From an uncultured Chloroflexia bacterium (GTDB lineage Bacteria > Chloroflexota > Anaerolineae > B4-G1 > SLSP01): a DNA stretch of 64,000 nucleotides. The notes beneath the pieces are model-generated. The model had not been told where the DNA came from, made no database searches, and was given only the letters and a program-made list of their open reading frames with translations. Position 1 is the first letter of the stretch. Each line of letters begins with the position of its first letter. The translations under genes and the position numbers were made by a program. Where the stretch lies: the NCBI GenBank assembly GCA_963751345.1, contig CAVVUS010000027.1, positions 1-64,000 of the forward strand, read 5' to 3'. Shown here one piece after another: positions 56,117-64,000 of this stretch.

Positions 56117-56817
56117 CGGGCCTGGGGTGCCGCGTATAGGTTGTGCGAGGCCAGGTAGCGGGCAATCGCCGGGGTCAGAATGCCCCGGTAAGCCAGCGCC
56201 TCGGGAGAGACCCCCTCGGATAGAAGCCGCCTGACGTCAGTCGCGGAGATATCGGGGGTACTTACCTCGTCGAGCAGGATAACCTGCGCGTCCGTCCGTT
56301 TCATCGAGGCGACAAAGCGGGCGTTACGAACATATCCGGGCCGAGGGCAGATCGCGAGCGAGGCCAGCCGCAAAATGACGTCGGGCCGGTACCAGCGACC
56401 GAATTGTGGATCGGGTCCTGAGACCAATTCGCTGCTGATGAGAAAGATCAGACCCGTGCCGGGTGCGGATCGCAGCTTGAGTAACGCCAACGTCTCCGCC
56501 GTGTAGTTTGGCCCCGATCGTCCCTGCCCCAACTCGGCTTCAATTGCGCTGGCGCACACGCGCTCCTGCCTGAAGCCCAAGGCTTCGGCGATCTCTACCG
56601 ATGCCAGGGCACACATCGTGAGGCGATGGGGATAGGTGTCGGGAATCCGCTGCTTGACGGCGCCTACCGGATTGCGGCGATAGACCGGCACCAGAAGCAC
56701 CTGACCAATCTCGAGCCCTCTGTCGATCAGGCAACGGGCTGACTGCGTCACGGTTTCCACGTGACCGGCGTGCACCGGATCGGCGGAAAGCCCGAAGATC
56801 AGCGTGTGAGCCGCCAC
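56113..56817 (-). CDS. nadD: Nicotinate-nucleotide adenylyltransferase-like
   Basis: FGLSADPVHAGH (HxGH), HRLTM, YTAETL, W, PRPG, ISATDVR; next to nadCAB. Confidence 0.75.
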   Translation of the reverse strand: MAAHTLIFGLSADPVHAGHVETVTQSARCLIDRGLEIGQVLLVPVYRRNPVGAVKQRIPDTYPHRLTMCALASVEIAEALGFRQERVCASAIEAELGQGRSGPNYTAETLALLKLRSAPGTGLIFLISSELVSGPDPQFGRWYRPDVILRLASLAICPRPGYVRNARFVASMKRTDAQVILLDEVSTPDISATDVRRLLSEGVSPEALAYRGILTPAIARYLASHNLYAAPQAR

Positions 56818-56972
56818 TAGCTATACCGAGACCCTACAGGCAACAGACGCTGGACCGTGCCTGGTGCAACACCCATGGAGATCCTCGCGAACCCTGCAGC
56901 TAAGTGAATCACCGTCGCACACAGTGTGCGCATCGGTGGAAGTCGGCCCCAAGAGGCTCACCTCTTCCGCCA

Positions 56973-58400
56973 CTATGCCACACCGGAGCGCTCTAGCTCA
57001 TCCCGCACAAGCCGGGCCATCGCCCGCGCCCGCGCAGGTGCATCCCCAATGTGCTCACGAGCGTCGAGGAGCGCCGTCACGCTATCCTTCGGAAAAAAGC
57101 GCAGCACCTGCGGGTCCCGGCTCAACAGGTCCGGCAGAGGGTTGCTGCGCCCATCCCCCGTCTGGATGGTCTCCCAGGCTGCCATCGCGTGCCCGCGGAT
57201 GACCTCGTGCATCTCCTGCCGATCCGCGCCCGCGTTCACCAGTGCCATCAAAAGGCGCTCTGTTGCAGCAAAATCGCCGTATAGCGCGAGGTTTCGGGCG
57301 ATCGCGCCGTCGTAGATCCTCAGATCACCCAGGATCACCTGGGCTGTGCTCAGGAGCTCATCGGTGGCGAGGAACGCGGTAGGAAGCACCTCCCGCCGAT
57401 TGCCCGAGTCGTCGAGCGTGCGCTCCAACAAGCAATGCGCGGCGTTGTCCCAGGCAACGCGGGGAAGGGCGGCGACATAGCGAGCCAGCGAGTCGATATT
57501 CTCAGAACGTACAGGGTTGCGCTTGAACGGCATCGCGGACGACCCTACCTGGCGCTTCCCAAAGGGCTCGCTCCACTCCCCAAACGAGGGAGACTGCAGC
57601 AACCGGAGATCGAAGGCAAACTTATAGAGAGAGCCCGCCAGGCCCGCCAGTGCGTTGAGAACCAGCCAATCCTGCTTGCGCGGATAGACCTGGGTGGCGA
57701 CGGGGAAGGGCACCAGATCTAACGCCGCCATCACGTGAGCCTCCAGAGCGTCAGGGGAGACATCGGTGCCGGCCAACAGCGCCCCGTAAGAGGCCGACGT
57801 CCCCACTGCTCCCTTGATCCCCTTGCCCCGCAGATGATGACGCACCCGTAGGAGCTCGTCGAAGTCCATCAGCAGATCTTGGGCATACTGCGCGAGGCGG
57901 TAGCCCACGGTGGTCGGTTCGGCAGGCTGGATATGGGTAAAGGCCATGCAAACCTGATCCGATCGCGCGTCGACCAGTCCGACCAGAGTCTCCAGAAGCC
58001 GGCGCAGCGCGGAAAGGACGAGATCAAGCGACTCACGGATCCGCAGCACCTCCATGTTGTCGGAGATGTCCATGCTGGTGGCGCCGAGATGGATGATCCC
58101 ACCGCCGATCCGGCACTGCTCGGCGAAAGTCCTCACCTCCGCCATCAGATCGTGGTGGATTTGCTCCTCGATCTCCGCTGCACGCGCAATGTCGATATCG
58201 TCCTGGTGAGCACGTAGATCGGCAAGCTGCTCGGCGGTCACCAGCCCGGCCCGGTACTGAGCTGCCGCCAGGGCTACCCAGATCCGCCGGAATAGGCGTC
58301 GCTTGTGTGCTTCCGACCAGATGGTGTGCATCGCATCACTGCCATATCGCCACGTGAAGGGCGAGAGATACGTATCGTGCGAAAACGTGAGCTGGGGCAT
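56973..58400 (-). CDS. purB: Adenylosuccinate lyase
   Basis: YLSPFTWRY, HDLMA, IHLGATS, FTHIQPAEPTT, GSSAMPFKRNP, LERTLDDS. Confidence 0.95.
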   Translation of the reverse strand: MPQLTFSHDTYLSPFTWRYGSDAMHTIWSEAHKRRLFRRIWVALAAAQYRAGLVTAEQLADLRAHQDDIDIARAAEIEEQIHHDLMAEVRTFAEQCRIGGGIIHLGATSMDISDNMEVLRIRESLDLVLSALRRLLETLVGLVDARSDQVCMAFTHIQPAEPTTVGYRLAQYAQDLLMDFDELLRVRHHLRGKGIKGAVGTSASYGALLAGTDVSPDALEAHVMAALDLVPFPVATQVYPRKQDWLVLNALAGLAGSLYKFAFDLRLLQSPSFGEWSEPFGKRQVGSSAMPFKRNPVRSENIDSLARYVAALPRVAWDNAAHCLLERTLDDSGNRREVLPTAFLATDELLSTAQVILGDLRIYDGAIARNLALYGDFAATERLLMALVNAGADRQEMHEVIRGHAMAAWETIQTGDGRSNPLPDLLSRDPQVLRFFPKDSVTALLDAREHIGDAPARARAMARLVRDELERSGVA

Positions 58401-58418
58401 ACGGAACTCCTTGTCTGC

Positions 58419-59687
58419 CTACATCACGATGATCTGATCGCGCTCCGGACCCACCGAGATGAAGCGCACGGGCACGCCGGCAAGCTCGCCGATCCGATTG
58501 ACATAGGCTTGCGCCTCTCCGGGGAGATCATCCCAGGTGCGCACCTTGCTGGTGTCGGCCAGCCAACCGGACCACACCTCATAGATCGGCTCGACCTGCT
58601 CCTGGATCGCGGTATCCGGCACATAGTCCAGCACCTGCTCTCCCAGCCGATACCCCACGCAGAGCTGCAGGGTCTCGAAGTGGTCGAGTATGTCCAGTTT
58701 GGTCACGGCAATGCCGGTGAACCCGTTCAGCCAACTCGCATAGCCAATCGCTACCCCATCAAACCACCCACACCGGCGGGGCCTGCCCGTCGTCGCACCG
58801 AACTCCTGGCCTATATCCTGCAGCTTCTCGCCGGTCTGGTCGGTCAGTTCGGTGGGGAAGGGCCCTCCACCGACCGAGGTCGAATACGCCTTGACGATAC
58901 CGAGCACGTCATCGATGGCGCGGGGCGGAATACCTGCGCCGACGCATCCCCCTCCCGCCGTGGGAGAGGATGAGGTCGTGTAGGGGTAGATCCCCCAATC
59001 GAGGTCCCGCATCACACCCAACTGACCCTCCAGGACCACACGTTTTCCCGACCTCACGGCATCTCGCACGATTGGCAGCCCGTCGACGACGCGGTGGCCC
59101 AACTCCTGTCGCCACTCCGCGCAGATGGCCATCAAACCGTCGACCGTCACCTCCGGTATGCCGAAATAGGCGAGTTCGCGATTCTTCGGGGGCACGAGCA
59201 TCTCCAGGCGCGTGCGCAGCCGATCGGGGTCGAGGATGTCGCCCACGCGAATGCCCTGGCGCGAAGCCTTGTCCGCGTAGACAGGCCCGATACCGCGTTT
59301 GGTCGTCCCGACCTCCCACCCCTCTTTGCGGGCAGCTTCCTCCGCACCGTCCAACTGGCGGTGGAACGGCAGGATCACGTGCGCGCGGCGATCGACGACG
59401 AGGTTACCGACGTCGACGCCAGCCTCGGTTAAGAGCGCCAGCTCATCGGAGAGTGTGTCGAAGTTCACCACCGCCCCGGTCCCAATCAGGCACTGCGTGG
59501 CCGGGTTGAAAATCCCCGAGGGCACCAAGTGTAGTGCAAACTTGCCATAATCGTTGACCACTGTATGGCCCGCGTTGTCGCCCCCCTGGAACCGAACGAC
59601 CAGGTCAGCGCGCTGACCCAGATAGTCGACGATACGCCCTTTGCCCTCATCGCCCCACTGCGCTCCCACCACTGCCGTTACTGGCAT
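58419..59687 (-). CDS. purA: Adenylosuccinate synthetase
   Basis: [58 protein letters not shown]. Confidence 0.97.
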   Translation of the reverse strand: MPVTAVVGAQWGDEGKGRIVDYLGQRADLVVRFQGGDNAGHTVVNDYGKFALHLVPSGIFNPATQCLIGTGAVVNFDTLSDELALLTEAGVDVGNLVVDRRAHVILPFHRQLDGAEEAARKEGWEVGTTKRGIGPVYADKASRQGIRVGDILDPDRLRTRLEMLVPPKNRELAYFGIPEVTVDGLMAICAEWRQELGHRVVDGLPIVRDAVRSGKRVVLEGQLGVMRDLDWGIYPYTTSSSPTAGGGCVGAGIPPRAIDDVLGIVKAYSTSVGGGPFPTELTDQTGEKLQDIGQEFGATTGRPRRCGWFDGVAIGYASWLNGFTGIAVTKLDILDHFETLQLCVGYRLGEQVLDYVPDTAIQEQVEPIYEVWSGWLADTSKVRTWDDLPGEAQAYVNRIGELAGVPVRFISVGPERDQIIVM

Positions 59688-59974
59688 TTGAAACCTCCCG
59701 TCTCCAATAGGATCGACACGGCCGGACCCGTGACGCGATCCGGCCATGCCTATCGTTGTCTTTGAGGTTGGCGCGGGCCGCCATCCCGGTCGGCCCTGCC
59801 CACACCTACATTATAACCCCATTGCGCATCCTGCTAAACTCCCGGAAGGTGGTTCGCACGCCGCGCGATTGCCCCGCTCGTTGACCCGTGCCAGCCGCAG
59901 GCTAGAATAGGGTGACTGCGAGCCGAGTCATCTCGAATGTCCCAGCCCACTCCGCTCCCACGCGAGGAAAGTCC

Positions 59975-61582
59975 ATGACGCGTCGTGCGAAGTTGTCCAT
60001 CTATCTGTTCCTGAGCGTGTTCCTGGTGGCAGGCGCGGCCTGCGTGCCCACGTCGACGCCCGAGGTGATCGCGCCGGCTACCTCAGAGCCCGGCGTCGTC
60101 ACGATCGAACCGTCTGCCACGCCGCTGCCGGCATCGTCACCAACCTCGCGCCCATCGTCGCAGCCGACGTTGACGCCCGTCCCGTCGGTGGTGCCAGCCT
60201 CACCCACAGCGATTCCGACCGAGCCGGCCCAGTCCAGCCCATCACCGACGGCAAACGTCGCCCCCTCCCCTACGGCTGCACCCGAGCCGCCGGGTGACTT
60301 CTCCTCCCCCGACAGCAGGCTGAAGGTCTCCGAGACCAGCATCACGATTCCCACCTATGGATACGAGAGGGCCTTTCAGGCGACCACACCCGACGACCCC
60401 ATCTATCCCTATCCTAGAGTAGATCCGGGCAGCGTAACCCCGCCCGAGCCGCGTAGGTATCAGGCGATCATGCTCGAGAATGACTACGTCTCCCTGACCG
60501 TACTGCCCGAGTTGGGTGGAAGGATTTATCGCTGGATAGACAAGTCAACGGGATGTCACTTGCTGTACGAGAACCCGGTGGTCAAACCTACGCAATGGGG
60601 ATACCGGGGATGGTGGCTCGGGGCAGGAGGGATCGAATGGGCTTTCCCGGTGGAGGAGCACGGGCTGAATGAGTGGCGGCCCTGGTCCTACACGATCGAC
60701 CGCACTGACAATGGCTTTGAGGTCACCGTCTCGGATACCGAGGATCGCACGGGGATGGTCGTGGGCGCCACGATCGCCCTGGATGCCGACCACAGCTACG
60801 TCACGATCAGTCCGTGGGTCAAGAACGTGACCGACAGAGAACAGCGCTACCAATATTGGCTCAATGCAATGCTGGCGCTGGGCGACAACCACGTCTCGCC
60901 CAACACTCGCATTATCCTACCTGCAGATCAGGTCATCGTCCACTCCACGGGGGACGAGTCGCTTCCGGCTGCGTGGCAGCCCATGAGCTGGCCGATCTAT
61001 GAGGACCGCGATCTCAGCAGCTTGGGCACGTGGACCAATTACCTCGGGTTCTTTGTCCCGCAGGTGTCAGCCGGGTTTGTGGGACTCTACGATGAGGAGG
61101 CTGACCAGGGCATCGTGCGAAGCTTCACGCCCGGATCGCCTGCAGGCACCAAGGTCTTCGGCCCAGGCACGCTGCCCTCCTGGCTCTGGACGGACGACGA
61201 CAGCACCTACGTGGAGCTATGGAGTGGGATCACCCCCACCTTCGCGGACACCACGAGCCTCCAGCCGGGCGCATCGGTGACGTGGACCGAACGCTGGTAT
61301 CCGGTTCACGGCATCGGCACTCTGCAGATGGCCAACGCGTCCGCGGCGCTCAGCCTTGGCGAAGCGGATGGCACGGTGGTCGTCGGGGCAACCGCCACTT
61401 CCGCAACCGTGGGTAGTTTGCATCTCTATGTCGGAGGGAAAGTGGCCAACGCATGGGACCTAACACTTGTGCCGGGGGAGGCTTTCAGGACTTCACTGCC
61501 CCGGCAAGCCGCCGGAGCGTTGGGGCTCGCCTTGCTCACGACCGAGGGCGAGACGGTGGTCCAGATGGGATCCGTGCCCTGA
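59975..61582 (+). CDS. DUF5107-like lipoprotein
   Basis: AAC lipobox, Pro/Thr linker, MLENDYVSLTVLPELGGRIY, GGIEWAFP, YVELWSG. Confidence 0.72.
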   Translation: MTRRAKLSIYLFLSVFLVAGAACVPTSTPEVIAPATSEPGVVTIEPSATPLPASSPTSRPSSQPTLTPVPSVVPASPTAIPTEPAQSSPSPTANVAPSPTAAPEPPGDFSSPDSRLKVSETSITIPTYGYERAFQATTPDDPIYPYPRVDPGSVTPPEPRRYQAIMLENDYVSLTVLPELGGRIYRWIDKSTGCHLLYENPVVKPTQWGYRGWWLGAGGIEWAFPVEEHGLNEWRPWSYTIDRTDNGFEVTVSDTEDRTGMVVGATIALDADHSYVTISPWVKNVTDREQRYQYWLNAMLALGDNHVSPNTRIILPADQVIVHSTGDESLPAAWQPMSWPIYEDRDLSSLGTWTNYLGFFVPQVSAGFVGLYDEEADQGIVRSFTPGSPAGTKVFGPGTLPSWLWTDDDSTYVELWSGITPTFADTTSLQPGASVTWTERWYPVHGIGTLQMANASAALSLGEADGTVVVGATATSATVGSLHLYVGGKVANAWDLTLVPGEAFRTSLPRQAAGALGLALLTTEGETVVQMGSVP

Positions 61583-61586
61583 GCAC

Positions 61587-62861
61587 TCAGCCTTTGCCGA
61601 GAAACCGCCGCAGCCAGGAAGTATGCTGTTTGTCCGGCTCGGGGCAATCAGCATCGTTGTCGGGATCCTGACCCGGCGGAGGACAATTCGCCAGGGCCCT
61701 GCGCGCGGCAATCGCGACGTGGCGCACCTCGTCGTCCTGTAGTTTGGTCAATGCTTGATGCACCTCGACGGTGCTCCCATCGAGAGAACTCAAGGCGTGC
61801 GCGAGCGCAGCACGCAGATAGGCATTGGTATCGTTGACAAAGGGCAGGAGCTTTTCGACCATCCGTGGGTCTCCCATGAGACCTAATGCCTCCACGGCGG
61901 CAGGGCGCACCAGGGGACTCCCATCATTGTGTGCCATCTCGAGCAGCCGAGACGAGGCTCCACGGTCCTTCAAAACGCCCAGGGTGACCGCAGCGGTGCG
62001 GCGCAGTCTGGGGTCCGGCTCATCCAGGAATGGACGGATAGCGGGGATCGCCTTCCGATATTCGAGCTGGCCGAGGCTCTTCAGCGCGGCGAGCTGGAGC
62101 GTCTTGCTCTTGTCGTCGTGAAGCGCCTCCAACAGGGCGGGGGCTGCTTGAGGATCTCCGATCCGACCCAGCGCCTTGGCCGTCAAGGAACGCACGCCAA
62201 CGTAGCCTCGCATCACCTCGATCAGGACCGGCACCGCCTCACTGGACTTGAGCTCGCCCAACGCACTGACGAGAGTCTTCACAACGGGCAGATCGCGCTG
62301 ATCCGGATTGAGCAAATAGGACTCGAGGATCGCCACCATATCCGGGACCGTGTCCGCCGCTTCCAGGCGCCGAAGCGCGATGATCGCGGTGCGGCGGATG
62401 CGAGGATCAGGTGTCTCCAGAAACGGGGCCAGCATTGAACCCAAATCGGGAAGCCCAAGCTTGCCGACCGCGTTGATGGCTGCACGCCGGACGTAGAAGT
62501 TGGAATCCTCCAGCGTCCTCAGGAGCGCTCCCTGCGCCTCTTTCGCCTGCATCTGACCGAGGCCGATCGCGGCTGCCCGACGAACGAAAGAACATGGATC
62601 GCGTAGCGCATCCATCAGAGGAAAAATGGCCCTGGCATCGCCTATCCGACCCAGGGCTTCCGCGCAGGCACTTCGAACGTAGGTATTGACGTCCTCTTGT
62701 AGGTGCTCCACGATCTCAGGCACGCTCTCCTGAGCGCCAAGCTTCCCCAAATCTTCGACTGCCTGGGATCGCAGCCTGGGATTTGGGCTTTCGAGGTTCT
62801 CAATGCAACGTTCGACAGCACCGCTTCGATCAGAAGTGTCGGTAAGGATCACGTTGTCCAC
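61587..62861 (-). CDS. HEAT/PBS-lyase repeat protein
   Basis: Tandem ~31-aa repeats of the form VRxAAAxALGxxG. Confidence 0.88.
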   Translation of the reverse strand: MDNVILTDTSDRSGAVERCIENLESPNPRLRSQAVEDLGKLGAQESVPEIVEHLQEDVNTYVRSACAEALGRIGDARAIFPLMDALRDPCSFVRRAAAIGLGQMQAKEAQGALLRTLEDSNFYVRRAAINAVGKLGLPDLGSMLAPFLETPDPRIRRTAIIALRRLEAADTVPDMVAILESYLLNPDQRDLPVVKTLVSALGELKSSEAVPVLIEVMRGYVGVRSLTAKALGRIGDPQAAPALLEALHDDKSKTLQLAALKSLGQLEYRKAIPAIRPFLDEPDPRLRRTAAVTLGVLKDRGASSRLLEMAHNDGSPLVRPAAVEALGLMGDPRMVEKLLPFVNDTNAYLRAALAHALSSLDGSTVEVHQALTKLQDDEVRHVAIAARRALANCPPPGQDPDNDADCPEPDKQHTSWLRRFLGKG

Positions 62862-62949
62862 CCTTTGTTTTTGTAATGGCCCGTCTCTCGGTCGGGCAAG
62901 CCAAGTATATCACAAGGATAAAGAAAAACAACGACTAGAAAAATGGGCC

Positions 62950-63000
62950 TTGACAAGGCTTGGGGAGATCACTATAATGAGAAATAGAACATAAGTTCTA
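62950..63000 (+). promoter_or_regulatory. Consensus sigma70 promoter with a LexA (SOS) box over the start site
   Basis: TTGACA(62950-55)-17 nt-TATAAT(62973-78); TAGAAC-ATAA-GTTCTA at 62985-63000. Confidence 0.85.
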
Positions 63001-63019
63001 TATCGGTCGAGGGAAACCT

Positions 63020-64000
63020 ATGGCTCAGAAGAAGCTTAGACCGTATCTGGAATATCAAGCCGACCGCGTCGAAGCGGTCCTCGCCGCCCACCGCGCTCCC
63101 GGGCGCGTCACCGGCGGCACCGTCGGCCCCCGCCTCATCCGCTTCTTCCTCAACCCCGACCCCGCCACCCGCTTCGCCGCCATCAAGCGCCTCGCCGACG
63201 ACCTCGCCCTCGCCATGCGCGTCTCCGCCCTCAACGTCGACCGCGACGAACACGGCGTCGTCCTCTCCTTCGCCAATCCCGATCCCAAGCCCGTCGAGCT
63301 GCTCGCCCTCCTCGACGATGTCCTCCCCATCCCCCCGGCTACCGCCGTCCTCGGCCTCACCGACGCCGGCCTCCCCCTCCTCGCCCGCCTCTCCGCCCCC
63401 GACGTCGCCCACGTCCTCGTCGCCGGCACCACCGGCTCCGGCAAGTCCGTGCTCCTGCGCACTATGGCCACCTCCCTCTGTCTCACCAACTCCCCGGCTG
63501 CCTTGCGCCTGCTGTGCATCGATCCCAAGGGCCGCACCTTCCGCTCGCTCGCTCCTGCTCCCCATCTCGCCCGCCCCATCATCTCCGATCCCCTCGAGGC
63601 CGTCGAGGCACTCCGCTCGCTCCTGCGCACCATGCAGGTCCGCGACCGCCGCGGCGAGCTCCCCGGTGAGGCTACCCCGCGCATCGTGGTCTGCATCGAC
63701 GAGCTTGCCGATCTGATCATGGCCGGCGGCGATCCGGTCGTCGAGACCCTCACCCGCCTCGCCCAACGCGGGCGCGAGGCCGGCATCCATCTGGTTGCCG
63801 CCACCCAGCATCCTGCCGCCGCGATTCTCGGCAGTCTCATGCGCGCCAACTTCCCCCTGCGCCTTATCGGGCGGGTCGCCTCCGCCCAGGATGCCCTGGT
63901 CGCCAGCGGGCGCGGCGGCACCGAGGCGCATCTGCTCCACGGGCGCGGTGACTTCCTCGCGGTCTCCGGTGGCGATCTGCCGATTCGTTTCCAGGTGGCC
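63020..64000 (+). CDS. FtsK/SpoIIIE-domain ATPase without an N-terminal membrane domain (truncated by the window end; not in the ORF track)
   Basis: Translated by hand: MAQKKLRPYLEYQADRVE...VGPR...DDLALA...HVLVAGTTGSGKS...IDPK...VVCIDELADL...GREAGIHLVAATQHP...ANFPLR. Confidence 0.9.
   Translation, partial: MAQKKLRPYLEYQADRVEAVLAAHRAPGRVTGGTVGPRLIRFFLNPDPATRFAAIKRLADDLALAMRVSALNVDRDEHGVVLSFANPDPKPVELLALLDDVLPIPPATAVLGLTDAGLPLLARLSAPDVAHVLVAGTTGSGKSVLLRTMATSLCLTNSPAALRLLCIDPKGRTFRSLAPAPHLARPIISDPLEAVEALRSLLRTMQVRDRRGELPGEATPRIVVCIDELADLIMAGGDPVVETLTRLAQRGREAGIHLVAATQHPAAAILGSLMRANFPLRLIGRVASAQDALVASGRGGTEAHLLHGRGDFLAVSGGDLPIRFQVA

Noticed and set aside
62972-63940. Long minus-strand ORFs of 322 and 288 aa
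   Set aside because: Antisense shadows of the plus-strand FtsK-domain gene, caused by its C-ending codon bias.

Overview
This is a high-GC bacterial chromosome segment. Gene content, a GAAC-N4-GTTC SOS box and a C-terminal YLPxxxR-type motif point to Chloroflexota, probably Anaerolineae (inference). Many genes carry 1-bp indels that look like long-read consensus errors, so several ORF-track entries are split or falsely joined. Positions 1-24.1 kb are accessory DNA ending at the 3' end of tRNA-Gln(CTG). They hold (i) two putative toxin-antitoxin pairs and an SOS-box ORF bracketed by hairpin repeats, (ii) a surface-polysaccharide locus (CapD/PglF-like dehydratase, two Wzc + membrane-fusion modules, TPR protein, O-antigen ligase, GT-C transferase, nucleotidyltransferase, GalE-like epimerase), and (iii) the best candidate for a new system. 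That candidate is a RiPP-like operon: PqqD/RRE, radical SAM-SPASM, a 53-aa three-Cys precursor missing from the ORF track, an HPr-kinase-like protein and an S24/S26 peptidase, followed by a PorU/gingipain-like C25 peptidase. Positions 24-64 kb are mostly housekeeping: ruvA, ruvC, yebC, fmt, fucU with a glycoside hydrolase, a sulfotransferase, alpha-2-macroglobulin, khpA, methylmalonyl-CoA mutase, oligoendopeptidase F, an S1 protein, amrB/amrA, a TagA-family transferase, a likely nadC-nadA fusion, nadB, nadD, purB, purA, a HEAT-repeat protein, and a LexA-boxed soluble FtsK-domain gene running off the end. Family assignments come from motif recognition by eye; no database searches were run.
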